Below, piece after piece: positions 38,683 through 47,746 of a stretch of 62,421 nucleotides of DNA. The first letter of the stretch is position 1, and each line of letters opens with the position of its first letter. A program made the translations under genes and the position numbers. The DNA lies in the NCBI GenBank assembly GCA_964603455.1, contig CAZRVL010000005.1, positions 1-62,421 on the forward strand. Direction: 5' to 3'. Below the pieces are notes generated by a model. The model was not told the origin of the DNA, did not search any database, and saw only the letters and a program-made list of their open reading frames with translations. The DNA is from an uncultured Lachnospiraceae bacterium (lineage in GTDB: Bacteria; Bacillota; Clostridia; Oscillospirales; CAG-272).

Positions 38683-39552
38683 ATGTTTCGCCCGGATGAA
38701 CAGCTTTATGAAGACAGCTTCGACAAATGTGCCTTTATATCGCAAAAAAGTATCAGCAGCCACCTTCATTACCATGCCGAACTGATAATATCACTCGAAG
38801 GCAGCTTTGAAGCAATCGTTGACGGCAAACGCTTATTGGTACATGAAGGCAGTGGAGTGATCGTTTTTCCGTATCAGCTTCACGAATATATTGCCATAGA
38901 CAGCAAAATTGCGGTCGTACTGCTCATGCACCCAGAGAAAAATCCAAAAATCTACGAATATTTTAAATCCAATATACCTATCTCGCCGCATATACCATCA
39001 GAGCTTGTGGATGATGAGGTCATAGATATTTTAAAGTATATTCAATGTCACTACGACCAAAGCAAGCCGACAGTAAATGTCGAGCTTTCGAGCATTTACC
39101 GCGAAGCGATATATACGCTTCTACTGCCAAAGCTTCAATATGGATCAGTCTCGGATGACCGTCTCGATCTTATGCACAACATACTGAATTATTGTCAAAA
39201 GCATTTCACCGAGCCGATAACGATACCGTCAGCGGCTAAAGCCATGTTTATTTCCGAAAGCAAGTTATCGCATTTCTTCTCCTGCACAATGCACATCGGC
39301 TTTCGAGAATATATAAACAGTCTGAGAGTTCAGATGGCGACCGAGCTTCTCAGAAATACCACAATACCGATAAGCGAAATAGCATTCGACTGCGGCTTTT
39401 CGAGCTTTTCCACATTCAACCGCGCATTTCGCGACAGCTATGACCTAACTCCGAGAGAAATACGCTCACGCGGGAATGCTCCGATACCCGAAGACGGAAA
39501 TACCAAGCAAAATCTCAAGCGAATGAAATCTGATAGGAAAAAAGACTCATGA
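38683..39552 (+). CDS. AraC-family transcriptional regulator
   Basis: Cupin HLHYHAEL; C-terminal HTH IAFDCGFSSFSTFNRAF....TP. Confidence 0.92.
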   Translation: MFRPDEQLYEDSFDKCAFISQKSISSHLHYHAELIISLEGSFEAIVDGKRLLVHEGSGVIVFPYQLHEYIAIDSKIAVVLLMHPEKNPKIYEYFKSNIPISPHIPSELVDDEVIDILKYIQCHYDQSKPTVNVELSSIYREAIYTLLLPKLQYGSVSDDRLDLMHNILNYCQKHFTEPITIPSAAKAMFISESKLSHFFSCTMHIGFREYINSLRVQMATELLRNTTIPISEIAFDCGFSSFSTFNRAFRDSYDLTPREIRSRGNAPIPEDGNTKQNLKRMKSDRKKDS

Positions 39553-40427
39553 AAAACACAACATTATGTTACATTGAACGCGATGACAAGTATCTGATGC
39601 TCCACCGCGTGAAAAAGAAAAAAGATGAGAATCACGACAAATGGATAGGCATAGGCGGTCATTTTGAAGAGGGCGAAAGTCCGTATGACTGCATACGACG
39701 CGAAATATTCGAGGAGACCGGCTTTAAATTGGACAGTGAGCTCGACTACCGCGGAATAGTGACCTTCGTCTCAGATGAATACGAATCTGAGCAGATGCAC
39801 CTATTTAAAGCAATCGGTGTGGTCGGTGAGCCGTGTGAATGCAGCGAAGGCGTGCTCGAATGGCTTTCAAAGGATAAACTCATGTCACTTCCGATGTGGG
39901 AAGGCGACAAGATATTCTTAAAATTGCTCGATACCGATTGCCCGTTCTTTTCACTAAAGTTGGTATATTTGGGCGAAAAGCTCAAAAGCCACGAGCTGAA
40001 GCTTTCCGGAAAAGAACCGATACTGATCTCAGGCTGTCTGCTCGGTCTGAGGTGCAGATACGATGGAGACTCAAAGCCGCTCGCTGAAGAAAAATTGAAA
40101 CAGCTCAGCCAAAAATATACCCTAATACCGGTCTGTCCCGAGCAGCTCGGCGGACTTTCTACTCCGCGTCTTCCGTGTGAGATAAGAGACGGTAAGGTCA
40201 TTCGAAAAGATGGCAGCGATGTGACCGAAGGTTACAGCAAAGGCGCATACGAAACACTTAAGCTCGCTGAACTTTTCGGAATAAAAAAGGCAATTTTAAA
40301 AGCTAAAAGTCCATCATGCGGATACGGCAGAATATACGATGGAAGCTTCAGCGGAACACTTACAGGCGGAAACGGTATTACTGCCGAATTACTTGCCAAA
40401 AACGGAATAGAAATAATTACGGAATAA
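39549..40427 (+). CDS. NUDIX hydrolase fused to DUF523 (2-thiouracil desulfidase TudS-like)
   Basis: Nudix box GGHFEEGESPYDCIRREIFEETG; C-terminal ISGCLLG..CRYDG, VCPEQLGGL..PR, KSPSCG. Confidence 0.85.
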   Translation: MKNTTLCYIERDDKYLMLHRVKKKKDENHDKWIGIGGHFEEGESPYDCIRREIFEETGFKLDSELDYRGIVTFVSDEYESEQMHLFKAIGVVGEPCECSEGVLEWLSKDKLMSLPMWEGDKIFLKLLDTDCPFFSLKLVYLGEKLKSHELKLSGKEPILISGCLLGLRCRYDGDSKPLAEEKLKQLSQKYTLIPVCPEQLGGLSTPRLPCEIRDGKVIRKDGSDVTEGYSKGAYETLKLAELFGIKKAILKAKSPSCGYGRIYDGSFSGTLTGGNGITAELLAKNGIEIITE

Positions 40428-40496
40428 TTTAACATTTACATATAATTCACAGAAAATTATCATAAAGCAAAAAAAGCCATACTGTTCATATTTGTG

Positions 40497-40505
40497 TGCT
40501 ATAAT
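40497..40505 (+). promoter_or_regulatory. Extended -10 promoter of the SBP gene
   Basis: TGCTATAAT about 120 nt upstream of the start codon. Confidence 0.55.
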
Positions 40506-40625
40506 CTACTTGTTGCTTGAAAACTTAATTCTTTTGTTCAAGCATCGCAAAGCGGCTCCGAGCAGGAGCAGAAAGGAAGCATTTGCTCTGTCAAGCTAAA
40601 TACGGCACAAATGCAATGAACATCT

Positions 40626-42152
40626 ATGAAACGAAACCTTTATCGCATCGTCTCCCTTCTACTCGCGTTATCCACTATTACCTTAGTCACAGCCTGTGGT
40701 GATACAGTCGATCCATCCGATACATCGGCAGCAGATACCTCAGAAGCAGGCAAAAAAACCTCGAAATTCGATGACTACGGTCGTGAAATAATAGCTCACG
40801 GCATCCCGTCAGACCTCGATTTCGGCGATACCGTTATAAACTGTCTCGTCCGCGATCAAGCCGGTTTTTCGATAGACTTCGGAGTCGAATCGCAAAATGG
40901 TGATATAGTAAATGACGCAGTACATAACCGCAATGTAAAGGTCGAGGATGAGATCGGAGTAAAGCTGAATGTGATCTATGCCCCGGCAACGAATACGACC
41001 TCAAGTGAATCGGTCGGCGACCTTCTTCGTCAGTCTGTAATGGCGGGTGATTCCTCCTATGACCTCTGCGCATTTTATCAGATATACGGCGCAACGGTCG
41101 GAATGGAAGGACTTCTTCTAAATATAAACGGCATGAATTACTTGGATTTTTCAAAGCCGTGGTGGAATCAGGACTTCGCAGAGGAGCTAACATATAAGGA
41201 TCAGCTCTATTTTGCGGTAGGCTCGATGAATCTCTCGGTAACATCCTCGCTCATGGGTGTATTTTTCAACCAGACAAAGGTCATAGATTACTATGAAGAT
41301 TACGATTTTCTCTATCAAAAGGTCTATGACGGCGATTGGACTATAGATGAATTTACCTCGCTCTCAAAGGATGTATACACCGATCTCAACGGAAACTCAA
41401 AGGCCGATGAAGGTGACTTTTTCGGACTTGTCATGGTAGAAGATGATCCCGGACCGTGGAATGCCGCACTTGGTCTACGTCTCTGCACAAAGGATGAGCA
41501 AGGAATACCTCAGCTCTCATTCTACGGCGAACGCGCTGTCACCGCATATGAAAAACTTTACTCGCTCTACCGTAAGACCGAAGGCGTTTACTTCGGGGCA
41601 AAAGGATATGACTATAAAACCGCATTTGCAAACGGTTACGGTCTGTTCGCCGTATGCTCACTCGGCTCTGCCGAAACACATCTTCGCGATATGAATGACG
41701 GCTACGGACTCCTTCCTATGCCCAAGCTCGATGAGAATCAGGAAAATTATTACAACTCTGCACGTGATTCATCGAATCTGATCGGAATCGCTTCAAACAG
41801 CAAAAATACCGATGCCGCAGCAGCCGCACTCGAACTAATGAACTACTATTCATACTATGACGTGACCCCTGCATACTTCGAGGTCGCTATGAAAACAAAG
41901 TATCTCGCAGACTCCGATTCGGCTAATATGTTCGATATTATACTCGATGGTGTTCGTGTTGACTTCGGTGAGATATATTCTCTGACGATAAGCGGCGGAA
42001 CATATACTATGGAAGGTATTTATGCCGGTAAGATACGCAATCTCATCAGACTTAAGGTAGAAGATCTCGGCTCGAATTATGCACAGTTTGAGAACGTATA
42101 CAAAACAGGACTCGCCGGAATACTCGAAAAATACGATGAATTAGCAAAGTGA
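40626..42152 (+). CDS. Extracellular solute-binding lipoprotein, orphan, with EF-hand-like loop
   Basis: Lipobox VTAC; KPWW; GDWTID; DLNGNSKADEGD; YGLLPMPKLDE. Confidence 0.8.
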   Translation: MKRNLYRIVSLLLALSTITLVTACGDTVDPSDTSAADTSEAGKKTSKFDDYGREIIAHGIPSDLDFGDTVINCLVRDQAGFSIDFGVESQNGDIVNDAVHNRNVKVEDEIGVKLNVIYAPATNTTSSESVGDLLRQSVMAGDSSYDLCAFYQIYGATVGMEGLLLNINGMNYLDFSKPWWNQDFAEELTYKDQLYFAVGSMNLSVTSSLMGVFFNQTKVIDYYEDYDFLYQKVYDGDWTIDEFTSLSKDVYTDLNGNSKADEGDFFGLVMVEDDPGPWNAALGLRLCTKDEQGIPQLSFYGERAVTAYEKLYSLYRKTEGVYFGAKGYDYKTAFANGYGLFAVCSLGSAETHLRDMNDGYGLLPMPKLDENQENYYNSARDSSNLIGIASNSKNTDAAAAALELMNYYSYYDVTPAYFEVAMKTKYLADSDSANMFDIILDGVRVDFGEIYSLTISGGTYTMEGIYAGKIRNLIRLKVEDLGSNYAQFENVYKTGLAGILEKYDELAK

Positions 42153-42158
42153 ATATTT

Positions 42159-42196
42159 GATACCGATCCGAAAAACGGGTCGGTATTTTGTTATTT
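42159..42196 (+). terminator. Intrinsic terminator
   Basis: ATACCGATCCG-AAAAA-CGGGTCGGTAT followed by a T-rich tail. Confidence 0.7.
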
Positions 42197-42432
42197 AACA
42201 AAGCCGCACAGATTTTCATTTTATTAAAAACAACGGAGAGCAAAAAACTATTCATATTCTAAAAATCATCGTGAAAATATAGACAGCATAGACAAAGTTT
42301 TCATCGAAATAAGAATGCAAAAAGCCTTCTCAGCTATTATTCAAAGAAGGCTTTTGTGCTTACATAAATTTTTTAACTTTTTCGCTGTGTCACTTAACCA
42401 ATGTGGTCTGATAAGCAGTAAAATTCGCAAGC

Positions 42433-42469
42433 TAAATAAAATCAGGCATACTTTCAAAGTATGCCTGAT
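42433..42469 (-). terminator. proS terminator
   Basis: ATCAGGCATACTTT-C-AAAGTATGCCTGAT with a T tail on the minus strand. Confidence 0.75.
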
Positions 42470-42474
42470 CGTTA

Positions 42475-43914
42475 TCAATATGCTTTGCCCCAGAAAACTA
42501 TCTGCTTTGCCGGCTTGCCGCAGCATACGCAGACATCCGAGATGCTCTCCTGGTCGAGCGGAACACAGCGTGAACCTACGCCGGTAACTTCCTTGACCTT
42601 ATCCTCGCATTCGGGATCTCCGCACCACATAGCGCGAACGAAGCCATCACCGTTTGCCGCGAGCTTCTCAACGATCTCATTCATCGTCTTGCAGTCATAG
42701 GTTCTGCGTGTGCGGTTGGCGAGTGCCTTCGCGTACATTCCGTCACGAACCTCGGTAAGCTTGTCTGCAACTGCTTTTTCAAGGTCATCGAGCGATACGA
42801 CTGCTTTTTCAAGGTTATGACGAGTAACGATAACGCACTGATTAGCCTCGATGTCACGGGGACCTATCTCTATACGAAGCGGAACGCCCTTCATCTCATA
42901 TTCTGCAAACTTCCATCCGGGCGAATTGTCCGAATCATCTAATTTCACGCGGAAATCCTTAGAAAGTCTTTCCTTAAGTGCATTGGCAGCGTCAAGCACA
43001 CCGGGCTTGTGCATAGCGACCGGTATGATAACGACCTGTATCGGTGCTATAGCCGGCGGTAGAACGAGTCCGTTGTTGTCACCGTGAGTCATGATTATTC
43101 CGCCGATCATACGGGTCGTGCAGCCCCACGAGGTCTGATGCGGATACTGGAGCTTATTGTCCTTGTCGGTGTAGGTAATGTCAAAGGCTCTTGCAAAGCC
43201 GTCACCGAAATAGTGCGAGGTAGCTGCCTGGAGAGCCTTACCATCGTGCATAAGTGCTTCTATGCAGTAAGTATCCTCTGCACCGGCAAACTTATCGCTC
43301 GGAGTCTTTGCGCCCTTTATTACCGGAATCGCGAGATCGTTTTCGTGGAAATCGGCGTACACATTGAGCATACGTACAGTCTCATCACGTGCTTCCTCGG
43401 CTGTTGCGTGCATGGTATGTCCTTCCTGCCAGAGGAATTCGCGGGTTCTGAGGAAGGGACGGGTGGTCTTCTCCCAACGAACAACCGAGCACCACTGATT
43501 GTAGAGCTTCGGCAGATCGCGGTAAGAACGGATGATATTTGCATAATGCTCACAGAAAAGAGTCTCCGAGGTCGGTCTGACCGCAATGCGCTCGGTCAGC
43601 TTTTCGCTGCCGCCGTGAGTTACCCACGCACATTCGGGAGCGAAGCCTTCAACGTGCTCCTTTTCCTTGAGAAGCAAGCTTTCGGGGATGAACATCGGCA
43701 TATAAACATTTTCATGTCCGAGTTCCTTAAAACGCGCATCAAGTATCTTTTGAATATTTTCCCAGATAGCATATCCATAAGGACGGATTATCATGCAGCC
43801 CTTGACGCTCGAATAGTCAACAAGGTCAGCCTTTTTGCATATATCTGTGTACCATTGAGCAAAATCGACATCCATGTCGGTTATCTGCTCAACTAATTTT
43901 TTATCGCCAGCCAT
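42475..43914 (-). CDS. proS: Proline--tRNA ligase (short, archaeal/eukaryote-like type)
   Basis: [31 protein letters not shown]-terminal Zn cysteines and GKAY. Confidence 0.96.
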   Translation of the reverse strand: MAGDKKLVEQITDMDVDFAQWYTDICKKADLVDYSSVKGCMIIRPYGYAIWENIQKILDARFKELGHENVYMPMFIPESLLLKEKEHVEGFAPECAWVTHGGSEKLTERIAVRPTSETLFCEHYANIIRSYRDLPKLYNQWCSVVRWEKTTRPFLRTREFLWQEGHTMHATAEEARDETVRMLNVYADFHENDLAIPVIKGAKTPSDKFAGAEDTYCIEALMHDGKALQAATSHYFGDGFARAFDITYTDKDNKLQYPHQTSWGCTTRMIGGIIMTHGDNNGLVLPPAIAPIQVVIIPVAMHKPGVLDAANALKERLSKDFRVKLDDSDNSPGWKFAEYEMKGVPLRIEIGPRDIEANQCVIVTRHNLEKAVVSLDDLEKAVADKLTEVRDGMYAKALANRTRRTYDCKTMNEIVEKLAANGDGFVRAMWCGDPECEDKVKEVTGVGSRCVPLDQESISDVCVCCGKPAKQIVFWGKAY

Positions 43915-43947
43915 TTTATCTTTCCTTTCAAATATATAGATATAATA

Positions 43948-43976
43948 ATTATACCACTTTTAAACTCTCATGTCAA
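43948..43976 (-). promoter_or_regulatory. sigma-A promoter of proS
   Basis: TTGACA-17-TATAAT. Confidence 0.85.
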
Positions 43977-44061
43977 TAGTGAAAATAAAAAATATCCGAT
44001 ATTTTCAAAATTTGCCGATAAAACCGCCTTGGCTATAGTTATTTATAACGAAACACAAAAT

Positions 44062-44709
44062 TCAATGTGATCTCAAATTTTTTATCCATTCGAGAAGTCT
44101 GAATTTTACAACAGTTCTCGGAGAATCTCCGGTTATAAGCTCGATCTGCCCCTTGGTGAGTCCGGCTTCGACAAGAGGCTCGGTGTCATCTATTATTTCA
44201 AGATCAGCGTTTTTTCCGGATGCCGTTACTACACAGAGCTGTGGAAAAAGTACGCACCACCAATTATGCCCGGCTGCGTTTCCGATAAGAACTCTGAGCG
44301 ATGTATATTCGCCTGCCGGAAGAGTTATTCCGCGGTATTCCCTTGTCGGATAATTTTCGCTGGTCAGCGCTACCTCGACCGGATAATCGTATCCGTTTCC
44401 GATAACTGCAGCTTCGGCAGTAGCTTTCAGCTCTTCAAGTGCCGCTATGAGCGAATTTTTTGCACTTTCGAAATCGCTGCATTCCTCCACAGACTTTGCC
44501 GCAGTAGATAATATCGAATCTCTGACCTTGAGCTTCAATGCTTGATCTTCGTCGGAATCGGAATTGGCTATCACATGAAGACGTATCACATTGTCATATA
44601 TGTGTGCCTCGTCCTCGGTGGGAAGCAACGCGGAAAACGGTATGGACAGCGCGGTAAGTATCGAGAATACAAGAAAAAATATCGTATATCGCTTATTTTT
44701 CATGGTCAT
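44062..44709 (-). CDS. spoIIR: Stage II sporulation protein R
   Basis: IRLHVIANSDS..DQ.LKLKVRD, YP.R.Y....PAG.Y, G.NWWCVLFP.LC. Confidence 0.95.
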   Translation of the reverse strand: MTMKNKRYTIFFLVFSILTALSIPFSALLPTEDEAHIYDNVIRLHVIANSDSDEDQALKLKVRDSILSTAAKSVEECSDFESAKNSLIAALEELKATAEAAVIGNGYDYPVEVALTSENYPTREYRGITLPAGEYTSLRVLIGNAAGHNWWCVLFPQLCVVTASGKNADLEIIDDTEPLVEAGLTKGQIELITGDSPRTVVKFRLLEWIKNLRSH

Positions 44710-44772
44710 TACCCTTCTTTAAATTTATTTCTGCAGCAGTGTAAAGCTTTGAGTCCTGCCGCTTTGTAAAAA

Positions 44773-44802
44773 TATTCTTGACCGAAAAATAAGGATTATT
44801 CA
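44773..44802 (-). promoter_or_regulatory. SigF-like promoter of spoIIR
   Basis: Minus strand GAATA...GGTCAAGAATA. spoIIR is SigF-dependent in Bacillus and Clostridium. Confidence 0.5.
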
Positions 44803-44834
44803 AAAAGAAACGGCATGAGATCGCTCCCATGCCG
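44802..44834 (-). terminator. Terminator after the subtilase pair
   Basis: CGGCATGGGAGCGATCTCATGCCG followed by TTTCTTTTT. Confidence 0.75.
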
Positions 44835-44842
44835 AATATAAT

Positions 44843-47746
44843 TCATGTCTGCTCGATAAAATACGGATTTTCAAATCTTTCGACTGTCGAATTCATTGCG
44901 TAATCGAACACCTCTATATATATGTACTTTCCAAGTTTTGAAATATCATAATACCCGTCAATTAACTCAGCTTCGTTCTTGTTCGCGTCATATACAAAGC
45001 AGGCAGAGACCTTAAAATCATCAGACACATCGGCTCTCAATTTGAAAGCTCCATCTCCGTCCGAAATAAATTCAATATTTTCGATCACAGGTACTGTCGA
45101 ATCAAGGTATATCGGATATGTAAGCACACGCTCTTTATCTCCGCCGACTGTTTTATAGCTTACTTCTATGCGGTATTCTCCGTCTGGGAAAATATAGTAT
45201 CTGTTGTCATCTGCACGTCCGTCCCAGACAAAAAGCTGCGGTGATACGACAAGTCCGGAAATATAATCAACATATGTGCGTGTGAGTCTGCCGTATTCCC
45301 TTTCGGAGAGCAGCTTATCACCATTGTATATGCTTATTTTAACATCCGAAGCACTCCGCAAAAGACCGAAATTAAGATATACGGCAGATCGTCTGCTATC
45401 TGCTGTAGGTGACAGGCAGATCATGTCCTTAGCATATGTATCGCCGCCGAACGGGTCAGCTCCGAGCACCAGCTTTCCGGAGAGTACATCCGAGCTGTAA
45501 TTTCGATAAAGATATATCGGATCGGCATAGCTTTCTATACCGCTGTATATCTCAGAATCGACTGCATCCGCTCTTGACCAATCACCCTTAAAGCCCAAAA
45601 ACGGTATCGAGGCTTCTTCTCCATCGGCTTTTGCGCGAATATAGCCTTCAACAAAATATCCATTCTCGAATACATCATCATATTCTGCAACGGTTTTCGG
45701 GTCTAATAGCACCGTGATATGGAATGTCGCGCTATTATTTGCTTTTACATTAAACACAAACGGTGTGCTGTCGCTCGAATATGCGTTGATATTGATGTAT
45801 TCATATCCGGGAAAGATATGAGCATTTTCAAACGGTTTGAATCTGTCGGTGAAGCTAACTTCATCGTTCACGTTCTTTTTGAATTTTTCCGAAAGCTTTC
45901 CGTCAGCTTTATCAGAGTCGAGATCGCTGTATGTAAAGGTCTGATAGCCATCCGAGCCGACTATAGCATCTATCTCACATTCAATATCTTGATCACTGAG
46001 ATTTTTCAAGGTCACATCGACCGAAAACCAATATGTGGATAATTCTCCGAGCTCGATCTTATGAGAACCATCAGAGCTTATGTATATATTCGAATCGAGT
46101 GCCTTGGAAAGCATTGCAGCACCGCTCCCCTGGGTTCGCGGAGAATATATGCTGCCGTCTGTACGAGTCATTATCTGTGCTGAGGATGCAAGCATATTTA
46201 CAGCCTCAGCTGACGCAGATTTACTATCAAGGCCCTCACAAAGCATACGCTCCTTCACACAGGCGAACATTCCAGAGAGCTTTGCCGCAGATATTGCTGT
46301 TCCGCCGGTAGTCAAGTATCCACCGTCTAAAGAAGCGCATTCGATATTTTCACCTATCACCGAAATATCCGGCTTCAAGCTCAGCTCCGGAGTCGTTCCC
46401 CATGCAGAAAATGACGAAGGAGACGGTGCTTCGCTGCGAAGAGTGATATATTTTTCACTCTCGGAAATATATATTTTTTTGTCTTTTGACTCTTTCATTT
46501 TATCCGCATTCGCACCCGAAATTATGACCGCAGGTATTGGCGATTCGGAAATATCCATTCTGACCGATAGGACTGTATACGGATCCGGCTGATTGTCGTA
46601 TATTATAACACCTATAGCACCGTGCAAAGCCGCATTTTGGCATTTTTCGGAAAATGTGATTATGCCACGCTCGATCACAGCTATTTTTCCGTTAAGTTCG
46701 AGCCCTTCCATATCCTCAGTTCGCCCGTATCGAGGAACAAATTCATATTCAAGTTCTCTGCCGTCGAAAAAATTATTAAATCCGACTCCGCCGCTCGGAA
46801 GAGTCCAGAGCGAATTGCTGTCTCCGAACGGTATGCGTTCCTTTTCTCCGTTCTCATTTATGATCGTAAAGCAGTCAGCCGAATAAAAATTCGACTGTGC
46901 GCTTCCTGTCGCTATCACAGAGCTTGAAGCTGCCGGATAGCTGATCGTGCCAATATCGGGATGATCACAAAGTGCAGCAATTATCGCAGCTTCTTTATTG
47001 TAAGGACTCACCTCGCCGAGCCTTGTTGAATCTCCCACAGCAGACACAACTATAACTCCGGATTCCTCAGCGCTCTCAAGCGCCTTAGTTATATCTATCG
47101 AATTTCCCATATCGGAAAATCCGCAGCTCTCGCCGAACGGGATACATATCACATCTGCACCAAGCATCACAGCATCCTCTATTGCGGCTACAATATCACT
47201 TTCTAAAGCTTTTGCGGTTTCGTCCGAAAACACTTTCATAAGCAATAACTGTGCTTCGGGCGCAGCTCCGGACGGATGCTCACTGTTTAAAAGATTATTG
47301 CCTGCTGCGACCGAGGCTGTAGCAGTGCCGTGTGAAGCCGAACCCGAAACATCCGCGCTTCGAGCGGCATAGTTGTACGCAAAAGGTATTTTTGAATTTA
47401 CATAATACGATATTTCACCATCATCGTCTTCCGAACCGGCATTCAGTTCGAGTGAATCGACAAATTCTTTTGTCAATCTCCCCTCTGTTGACAAAACAAA
47501 GCACTCATGTCCAATGTAAAATCCGGTATCTATGACCGCTATACACATTCCCTCGCCTTTAAATTCAAAATTCTGCTCTACCTCTGCAATAAGATCATCA
47601 TCCGGCTCAATAGAACTGTTTTGGCTTTCGGTATCTAACGTTATTGTCCCTATCGGTATCATGACTCCGCTCGATTCGGCACTGAGTGCGACCTGTAAAA
47701 GTAGCAAAGTCGCCGCAACGAATGCGGATAATTTCGTTTTTTTCAT
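44843..47746 (-). CDS. S8 subtilase-like protein with PA domain, predicted catalytically inactive
   Basis: Signal peptide; IAVIDTG and SHGT present, but GTSMAAP is replaced by GTAISAAK and AAGN by AVGD. Start ATG 47746 after AGGAG. Confidence 0.85.
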   Translation of the reverse strand: MKKTKLSAFVAATLLLLQVALSAESSGVMIPIGTITLDTESQNSSIEPDDDLIAEVEQNFEFKGEGMCIAVIDTGFYIGHECFVLSTEGRLTKEFVDSLELNAGSEDDDGEISYYVNSKIPFAYNYAARSADVSGSASHGTATASVAAGNNLLNSEHPSGAAPEAQLLLMKVFSDETAKALESDIVAAIEDAVMLGADVICIPFGESCGFSDMGNSIDITKALESAEESGVIVVSAVGDSTRLGEVSPYNKEAAIIAALCDHPDIGTISYPAASSSVIATGSAQSNFYSADCFTIINENGEKERIPFGDSNSLWTLPSGGVGFNNFFDGRELEYEFVPRYGRTEDMEGLELNGKIAVIERGIITFSEKCQNAALHGAIGVIIYDNQPDPYTVLSVRMDISESPIPAVIISGANADKMKESKDKKIYISESEKYITLRSEAPSPSSFSAWGTTPELSLKPDISVIGENIECASLDGGYLTTGGTAISAAKLSGMFACVKERMLCEGLDSKSASAEAVNMLASSAQIMTRTDGSIYSPRTQGSGAAMLSKALDSNIYISSDGSHKIELGELSTYWFSVDVTLKNLSDQDIECEIDAIVGSDGYQTFTYSDLDSDKADGKLSEKFKKNVNDEVSFTDRFKPFENAHIFPGYEYININAYSSDSTPFVFNVKANNSATFHITVLLDPKTVAEYDDVFENGYFVEGYIRAKADGEEASIPFLGFKGDWSRADAVDSEIYSGIESYADPIYLYRNYSSDVLSGKLVLGADPFGGDTYAKDMICLSPTADSRRSAVYLNFGLLRSASDVKISIYNGDKLLSEREYGRLTRTYVDYISGLVVSPQLFVWDGRADDNRYYIFPDGEYRIEVSYKTVGGDKERVLTYPIYLDSTVPVIENIEFISDGDGAFKLRADVSDDFKVSACFVYDANKNEAELIDGYYDISKLGKYIYIEVFDYAMNSTVERFENPYFIEQT

